From Takakia lepidozioides (taxonomy: Eukaryota; Plantae; Bryophyta), in NCBI GenBank assembly GCA_030704615.1, contig CM060731.1, forward strand, positions 91,264,001-91,328,000: a DNA stretch of 64,000 nt. The letters are read 5' to 3'. The position numbers and the translations under genes were made by a program. Shown here in pieces: positions 56,301 through 64,000 of this stretch. Under the pieces are notes generated by a model that worked only from the letters and a program-made list of their open reading frames with translations, did no database searches and was not told the DNA's origin. How positions within the stretch are numbered: the first letter of the stretch is position 1; every line of letters begins with the position of its first letter.

Positions 56301-57816
56301 GCTGAGTTTCTAGGTTACCTTTTATCTTGTCAACACAGCCTTCACAAAGATAGGCCTGTGTATAGGGATTATGAGTGTTCCTCAACCAAGGGCAGCAAAT
56401 AGCTTGTAACATGCCAACATCGCCTTCACAAGTCAGGACAGGCATGAGTATTATCAGTGTACTTCAGCCAATGGTAGCACACTACTGCACATAATTTCAC
56501 CCAGTTAGCCAATTTTCTGGTTATAGAAGCAAATTTCCTAATAGATAAAATCATACCATATTAGGGATTTAGTACTCCATATTACTGACATGGAGGTAAG
56601 GTGGGCTGATACCTCATGGTCAAGTGATCAATGACATAACAAGAATACAGCTGGACAGGTAGAGTCATGACTTTTCCATGTTACCTCTTAGCCGTTGAAC
56701 AAGTTGTTGTTTCCAGGTTACCTTTTATGTTGTCAACATAACCTTCACAAAGTTGGACAGGCATGGCCTTCAGTTTGTCAACATCGCCTTCACATAAGTG
56801 GACAGGCATGAGCATAGGAATTATAAGTGTTCTCCAGCCAAAGGATTTCACCCTATCAGTCACATTTAACCAGGGAAGGATCCTTGTTCGCGAGGAACCT
56901 TATACTGATGTGAGTCAGCTTGCTGGTTTCAGAATTAATTTTCCAAGGGTATGAATCAGTACATAACATTCTTTCCAAGCCGTATCAACGTTGCCGGAAA
57001 AATACAGAATGGGAGAAGCCAGTGAGATCACCATATTAATATTGATTCACCGGTCTATTCCAGCCACATACTACACTCCGGGCAATTTTTAGTGGTGCTG
57101 CAAGGAGCGAGGCCACATACAAGAGAAACATAAAAGCTTAAGAGCCGGAAGGTATCTAAGAGTGACACGAGGCATCGGCTACAAGAGACAAGCTAAACAA
57201 AGTAATGTACATTGACCGGATCATGTAGAAGGTGTTGTACACATATACTCGATTATGCTGTCTGACAATGGCCTAGCTCACAATATCAGCTCTCAGGTCT
57301 ACCTTAGAAACACACTGCTTATGATGCCTTTCTCACCAAGCTCAAATCACCAACAAATTCTTGCTGGACAGGATTATACCTTACTGGTATCCCATGGCTT
57401 TGAGCCCATAACTCCAATCTAGAGTGCACTTGCTGGAACTCCCTTGGCTTTGAGTTCATCACTCCAAATCGGGGTGTATTTGCTACCCTTCTGTCAAGCC
57501 AATGAAATGTAAGTACATCGACATGAGAAAGACGGAACAAGAAAGGAGAGGGGTAGATGGTGTGTACAAACACCACGTAAGTACACTGGTCAAAGGAAGA
57601 GAGGGAAGATATTAATGCCATGTCAAGACACAGACAAGACCAGTAGGGTCGTTGTTAATTAAAGACATCATCCGCCCTTTACAGGGCACCATCTAACACC
57701 TCCTTCCATGCACATCTCCTCAAATGATTGAACTGTAGATTTCAAAGTACATGAAATCTCAGGGTGGGAGGGTGGGGTTTTTTTTTTAAAAGGCCATTCA
57801 TCATTCAAAGAGACCA

Positions 57817-57893
57817 TCAACCCCCTTGCTTTATACCATTTGCAGCAGCTCAGTTGGATCTGAGAGGGCTGCCTGAGAAAGTCTTCATTCCAA
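57817..57893 (+). repeat. 77-bp segment with a perfect inverted copy at 60151-60227
   Basis: tcaacccccttgc...gtcttcattccaa equals the reverse complement of 60151-60227. Confidence 0.9.
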
Positions 57894-58657
57894 AGTCTTC
57901 ATTTCATAAGAAAACAGTCCTATGCCATGAGCAGTTATGAATAAACACTTCACAGGTCTGGATATAGTGTTCCAGAACCCTAGCATGTCGTTTTCAGTGC
58001 ATCACAAGAACTTTCAAAGCATTGCCAAGGTAAAAAATAAAGCCAAAGGGTCATGAAAACATATGACAGATCTGACATAGCATAACCAGACCTGCATACC
58101 CTTTATTGCTGTCTCATTGTAAGCCAGCCTCTAGATCATTCATGCCCCTTAATAAAACTGAGTCTCAAACTGAGCTTTCAGGTCATTCATCATTGAAGGA
58201 GACAATCAACACCCTTGATTTATGCCCTCGTAGAAAGAAATGAGCCATAAACACTAGTTGCAGGTGCATTGCTGCATTTTACTCACACGGATACACTTGT
58301 GTCAAGCGGTTTCCAGCATAGATACCTTCAGGTACAAATCTGGAAATGGTATTCCAGCACCCCATAAGAAACATTCAGAGCATATAGGTCACAATAAGGA
58401 CATCCAAAATCACTTAACCTTTACCATGTCATAACCCCAAGGGCTTGGGGGAATGTAATCTGGTTTGACTCTCCATAAAGCCAAGAAATAAAATAAAACC
58501 AAGCATTTTAATAAAGGCCTGGAGATGGCTTGATCCTCCATAAAGCCAGAGCCATTTAATAGAGGTCCGATCTGCAATCGGGTTATGAACTCAGGCGCCG
58601 TTGATGGGGGTCTTAGAGAAAGGTTCACCTCATCCATTTCCTAGTACAAACCCCCAT

Positions 58658-60150
58658 TCCAACGGTACCAAGCACTAGGGCTGGGGCCTTGCGGTTTGGG
58701 ACATCTCAACGTGACAAAACAAAACAAAACAAAACAAATCATCTTAATTCATGTATTGATTTGGGAGATCTAGGCCTGGGGTAGCCTACGCCATTGGCCC
58801 ATGTGTTAAGAATTGAAATTTAAGTCCAAGTGCAATCCCTATGTATTCAAGTAGCGTCTCCTATGTCAAGGTCTATGTGTGAAGAATTGAAATCTAAGCC
58901 CAAGTGCAATTTCTTATGTACCCAAGTGGGTCTCCTATGTCGAGGCCCAAGTGCAACCTCTAGTGTAGCGTATGCCGTTGGCCCATGTTTTATTCATGTA
59001 TCCAAGTGCATCTTCCATGTACATGCCCAAGTGTCCAGTGTCATCTAAGTCCAAGTGCAATCCCATATCTAATCAGTTTTTTTTTCTTTCTTTCAGAGAG
59101 CCTACGACCAGATTTGAACCGGAGACCTTTCCCTTGATATCTCTCCCGTTGAGGCTCCAAACATTGTCCCAGGAATGCCCACTTTGCCATTTTTGCAAAA
59201 ATTTTGTGAATTTCCAGCGACCAAAAGCACTTAGAATTCGACATCTCCCACACCGCAGGTCCAAAAATCGTGAGACCAAGCCCGTGCACCCCTCCTCATC
59301 GAGGGCTTTCCAACGGTACCAAGCAGCAGGGCTGGGGCCTTACGGTTCGGGACATCTCAACGTGACAAAACAAAACAAAATAAAACAAAACAAAACAAAC
59401 AAATCGTCTTAATTCATATATTGACAAGGGTAGCCTGTGCCATTGGCTTAAGTGTCAAGTGTCATCTAAGTCCAAGTGTAAGATCCTCTATGTATCCCAA
59501 TGCGTCTCCTATGTCGAGGCCCAAATTTGAACTCTAGGGTAGCATGTGCCGTGGGCTCAAGTGTAAGTGTCATCTAAGTCCAAGTGTAAGATCCTCTATG
59601 TATCCCAATGCGTCTCCTATGTCAAGGCCCAAGTGCAACCTGATCTAGAATAGCCTGTACCTTTGGCCCATGTGTGAAGAATTGGAAATCTAAGACCAAG
59701 TGCAATTTCTTATGTATCCAATGCGTATCCTATGTTGAGGCCCAAGTGCGACCTCTACTGTAGCCTACGCCATCGGCCCATGTGTGAAGAATTAAAATCT
59801 AAGTCCAAGTGCAATCTCCTATGTATCCAAGTGCGTCTCCTATGTCGAGGCCCAAATGCGACCTCTAGGGTAGCATGTGCCGTTGGCCCAAGTGTCTAGT
59901 GTCATCTAAGTCCAAGTGCAATCCCTTATGTATCCAAGTGCGTCTCCTATGTTGAGGCCCAAATTCGACCTCTAGGGTAGCCCCTACCGTTGGCCCAAGT
60001 GTCCAATGTCATCTAAGTAAGTTTTTTTCCACAGAGCCTACGACCAGATTTGAACCGGAGACCTTCCCTTGATATCTCTCTCGTCGAGACTCCAACCATT
60101 GTCCAGGAATGCCCACTTTGCAATTTTTGCTATTTTTTGTGAATTTCCAG
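58658..60150. repeat. Degenerate ~100-120-bp tandem repeat with two duplicated non-repeat modules (probable non-autonomous element)
   Basis: Recurring ctaagtccaagtgcaa..tatgtatccaa..gcgtctcctatgtcgaggcccaa; modules 58658-58750/59308-59420 and 59097-59215/60033-60150. Confidence 0.7.
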
Positions 60151-60533
60151 TTGGAATGAAGACTTTCTCAGGCAGCCCTCTCAGATCCAACTGAGCTGCT
60201 GCAAATGGTATAAAGCAAGGGGGTTGATAAAGGTGATACCATTTGGCTTCACACTAAAGTCAAATATACGGAGGGCATACTTACCACTTCGTAGGTTACG
60301 ATATCCTGCATTGAAGGCGCGACGTTGTCTTCTTCACTAAGTTTTCAGACACTTGCGTCCAACGCAATTCGTAGCGTAACATTACATCAACATGGAAAGA
60401 ATACATTGATAGAAACAACCACAATATTCCTTGGACTATGGATGCATTAGTAGTTGAGAGACAGGGGGATTTGCTATTCTATCAGCTATCAGCTCATCAG
60501 CCATTAGTGTGACGTGGATGCGGAAACGGCGGC

Positions 60534-60640
60534 GGGGGCTGCTATTTCATGAGCGGCATGAGCATGAGCGGAAAAAAAAAAAGCATGAGCAGACCATTGT
60601 GAGTCCACGGAAATAGGGTTAGGAGGCACGGAAATAGGGT
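60534..60640 (+). repeat. Element terminus of the GCTCATG subtype (left end of the element carrying MTase copy C)
   Basis: gggggctgctatttcatgagcggcatgagcatgagc; homologous to reverse complement of 43500-43642. Confidence 0.78.
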
Positions 60641-60754
60641 CATGTGAAGTTGGAATGTGGCACCAGTGGACTTGAAATGCAACATTTTATTGCAAATTTT
60701 GTGGCAAGCCACGTCTATACAAGTGTGTTCTAACTGTCATAGCCGGAATGGGCA

Positions 60755-63700
60755 CTACTCTCCTACACCCTCCGAGGAACTTGCCCCACCTTCTTCCTCA
60801 TCCCCCTCATCCCCCTCATCCTCCGAGCTCTGTGATGCATCAGTTCCACTATGCCTCTCAAAAATCCCGTCCTCTCCTTGGGGGACTGTCCACCTCACCT
60901 CCTGGGAATCTTCTGCGTCTTCTCCCCCACTTTCCTCAGCAGAATCCAACACAAATCTACGAGCTTGACGGGCTCTAATAGCTGCTGCCTCCTCCCTCAT
61001 CTTCATTTTCTTGAGGCTTGCCTCGTCTAAAATCTGCTGTACACGACTACGTTCGGAACACCTCCTAATGGACACCGAAGCAAGCCGGGCAGCATAAGTA
61101 GGAAGGATGTACTCCCTTTCTGGACTAGGCATGAAATCCCCCCTGGCAAAAAAGGCACGTTCCTCCTGCCCATGAACTCCGGTGTAGACGTCCCTCCGGC
61201 AGTACTTGGCATCCTACAGTAAGAACAAATCCACTTGAAGAATGTCAATACCAGCACAACCAGAAAGGGTTTTCAATGAAATAAGAGAGCGGAGGGAGGT
61301 GCCTCACAAAATCTGGAGGCAACTTACAATGCCACCACTCACTCGTAAACTGGGGGCTCCTCGGCCTCGATCCCAACTTCCTCCCCCTGCTCCTTCTCGG
61401 ATTTTTCCTCATCCTCCGAGGATGCCTCTTCCTCTTTCGGTAGACGTTCAACCGCTGCAAGTTCCGAGTTGTGGAGGGCAGTATCTGGCTTGAAGGCGAA
61501 CACATGCCTGTCGGACAACGTCCCTGCCCACATTGAAGCACCTGAGGAACAAAGCGGGCGGTTAATAGCTTGCGGCATGCAATTGCAATGGGGCCAGGGG
61601 ACAAACTGAGCACGTGAAGGCTTACCCGTGCCGCATGTGAGGTCCAGAATCCGCCCTTGGACATCCGAGCACGTCTCCATGAGGGTTTGGATGAAAGCAG
61701 GGCTCCGGGTCCGGCTGTACCGCCACGGTTTGCCTGTCTTTGTGTCCTTCGGCATACTAGAGTGGGGCACATAGTTGTAGAGGACATCGTAGGTTACAGG
61801 GTCCACAGCGGCATCAACAAGACGACCGTCGTTGCGGAATTTGAACGTAGACCCTCTCTTCACAAAGCAATATGCCTCAAACACCAATGTCTGCACATCC
61901 AACAAAGAAGGGATCAATTCCAGGGTCTACTTAACATACACCACAATATGAAGTGAATGCAATAGATTGATAACTTACACTTTGGCCCTCTGTTCGCAAC
62001 CCCTGCGTACTGATGCAGAACCATTTTCTGAGGAGGACGGGGTGACACTTTTCGGTGTCCACCTTGCCACCGCATTCTCTGTGGTCTTCCCTCTCGTGGC
62101 AAGGACAACCACACATCCACCGTCATCCAGAAGCATCCCCGCCAGCCCAAACCCGGCTTTCCAGTAGTCCTCAGTAAACCTGTTCCAGGTGGGCACACCA
62201 TCCAGGCCCTCCAGCAGCTCCCCATCTGGAATGTCGAGGAGAATCATGTCGCAAGCTCTCTCCACCTCAACCCCCCCCCGAGTGCTCTTGCAATTCGTGC
62301 TCACAGCCGTGAAGAATTCCATCATGGCTTCAAAACCAGGGGTGTCTTTAGGCTCTGTACTGGCAGCCCTCTTCTTGGCTTTCCCCTTCTGCTCCGCCAG
62401 AGACTTGTTGTGTGCCACCTTCTTCGCCCTGGCAGCGAGAGCGTCAAGGAAGCTCTCATTGACGCATTGGATGATGGTTGGAGGTTCTAGCTTTGGCCTG
62501 TGCGTAAACGTCACCGCCGAATACCGCCGTGTAGGCTCGCCCTCAAATGCCAACTTCTTGGCAGAGCCAGTCCCACTCCGAACTGACTTGGGAACCCGGA
62601 CGACCGGTGACTGGGTAGGAGCAACAGCAGTCGCAGGACCTTGAACAAAATCGGCGTCGGAGTCACTCTCTTGGGTCCCCTCCTGCGCCTCCTCCGATGC
62701 CCGATGGTTTTCTTCTTTTTGGGTGTTACTGCAGTCACCTGTTTCCTTGTCCTTTTCCTTTGACCTTTACTCTTCTCATGCAATTTCTCCTGAATTCCTG
62801 CCTGAGCAAGCTCTGCCGCTTTCCTGGAGTTCGCAAGCGCTTTTGCCTCTTTTGCACCCAACGGAGGCAGCGGAGCCCGGTTTCGTCGGAATTCAGCATC
62901 CAGCTTCAATTGAAACTCGGATGGGTCGAGCGAGCCGGGCGGAAGGTCCACATACCAAGGGCAATCACGCAAATGTTCCAGATGCCACTCCTTCACAATA
63001 TCGTCAGTGTACATGGAGTCAGCCCCAGGGTTCCTCCATGCCAGGAAGAATGGTGGCTCGAAAGACAGATGACCTTTCTCCAAAAGCGAGAACTTACAGT
63101 ACCTGCATTCATGAAAAACACAATGAGGTCCGAAAATGGCTAAGTCTCTGAACGGCAATAGGGCCTACAACTGGAATATGGCGCCGAATTTCCACTTCAG
63201 GGCCACCCAGTCTAGGGACTTAGCCCGAAAATGGCTAAGTCCCTCGACGGCAATAGGGCTAGAACTGGAAAACGGCGCCGAATTTCCAGTTCCGGGCCAG
63301 CCAGTCTAGGGACTTAGCCCGAAAATGGCTAAGTCCCTGGACGGCAATAGGGCCTAGAACTGGAAAACGGCGCCGAATTTCCAGTTCCGGGCCAGCCACA
63401 CTAGGGACTTAGGCCGAAAATGGCTAACTCCCTGAACGGCAATAGGGCCTAAAACTGGAATATGGCGCCGAATTTCCACTTCAGGGCCAGCCAGTCTAGG
63501 GACTTGGCGAAAATGGGTAAGTCCCTGAACGACAATAGGGCCTGGAACTGGAAAATGGCGCCGAATTTCCAGTTCCGGGCCAGCCAGTCTAGGGACTTAG
63601 CCATTTTCGGAGCCCTGACTGGAAATTCGGCGCCATTTTCCCTAACACCACTTGAGGCCTCTAACATCCTGCAATGCCAGGACTTGAAAGAAAGGCAGCG

Positions 63701-63925
63701 CGTATGTACCTGTACAGAAGGCGCATTGCTGCTTTGTCCGCGTTCGGCTGGTCGGTGAACTCGTGGCTCCGGCGAGCATCTGCTATCTCCCGAAAGAATA
63801 GGTTGGTTTTGTAGAGCAGAAAGTACCTCGTCACATAGTCACGTAGGCTCTCTGCTGCAGGAGATATCTCCATCTTGAACTGATGTGCTTGTGTGTCCAG
63901 CTGCTCTTGCGCATTCGTCGTCACC
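60755..63925 (-). pseudogene. DNA amino-methyltransferase-like gene copy C (continues beyond window), spliced, with frameshifts
   Basis: NLFFREI exon; YCKFSLL..DCPWYVDLP; DMILLDIPDG..YWKAGFGLAGMLLDDGG; RTRSPAFIQTLMETC..ILDLTCGTG; ASMWAGTLSDRHVFAF; EYILPTYAARLA. Confidence 0.8.
63131..63641. repeat. Array of about 5.3 x 94-bp double-hairpin units inside intron 63709-63103 of MTase copy C
   Basis: gaactggaaa-acggcgccgaa-tttccagttc and agggacttagcc-cgaaaat-ggctaagtccct; unit starts about 63132, 63227, 63321, 63416, 63509. Confidence 0.93.
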
Positions 63926-64000
63926 TGTGGAGATTGTCCATCAGATCGCTTTCCTCAAAAAATACAATGAATCCACCCCCTACTAGAGTACAAGCCCCAA

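Noticed and set aside
57319-57621. Possible host-gene exon in 56301-58650
   Set aside because: No recognisable motif, stops in alternative frames, no consistent exon chain.

Overview
Transposon-dense eukaryotic DNA. It is most likely from a seed-free land plant such as a bryophyte; this is inferred from the element types, GT-AG introns and CAG>TAG decay. I found no convincing host gene. The left half is a nest of Ty3/Gypsy elements. It holds three copies of an Athila/Phygy-like non-chromovirus with extra ORFs, one copy inserted into another's LTR and later split by an inversion. It also holds a young, complete chromovirus (21928-28944, TSD GAAGC) and CACTA and piggyBac-like relics. The right half, plus remnants at 13.3-17.2 kb, is a stack of copies of a large Mutator-like DNA transposon family I do not recognise as described. 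The family has four parts: (i) a GCM-like Zn finger + MULE DDE + SWIM transposase; (ii) a divergently transcribed, spliced gene fusing a ParB/Srx-like domain to a beta-class (bacterial-type N4C/N6A) DNA amino-methyltransferase-like domain, in 3 diverged copies; (iii) tandem arrays of palindromes sharing a CGGYRCCG core, in introns of or just downstream of that gene; (iv) GCTCAYG-rich termini. All transposase and MTase-like gene copies here are damaged or truncated. Domain calls come from motif recognition by eye and need HMM or structure confirmation.
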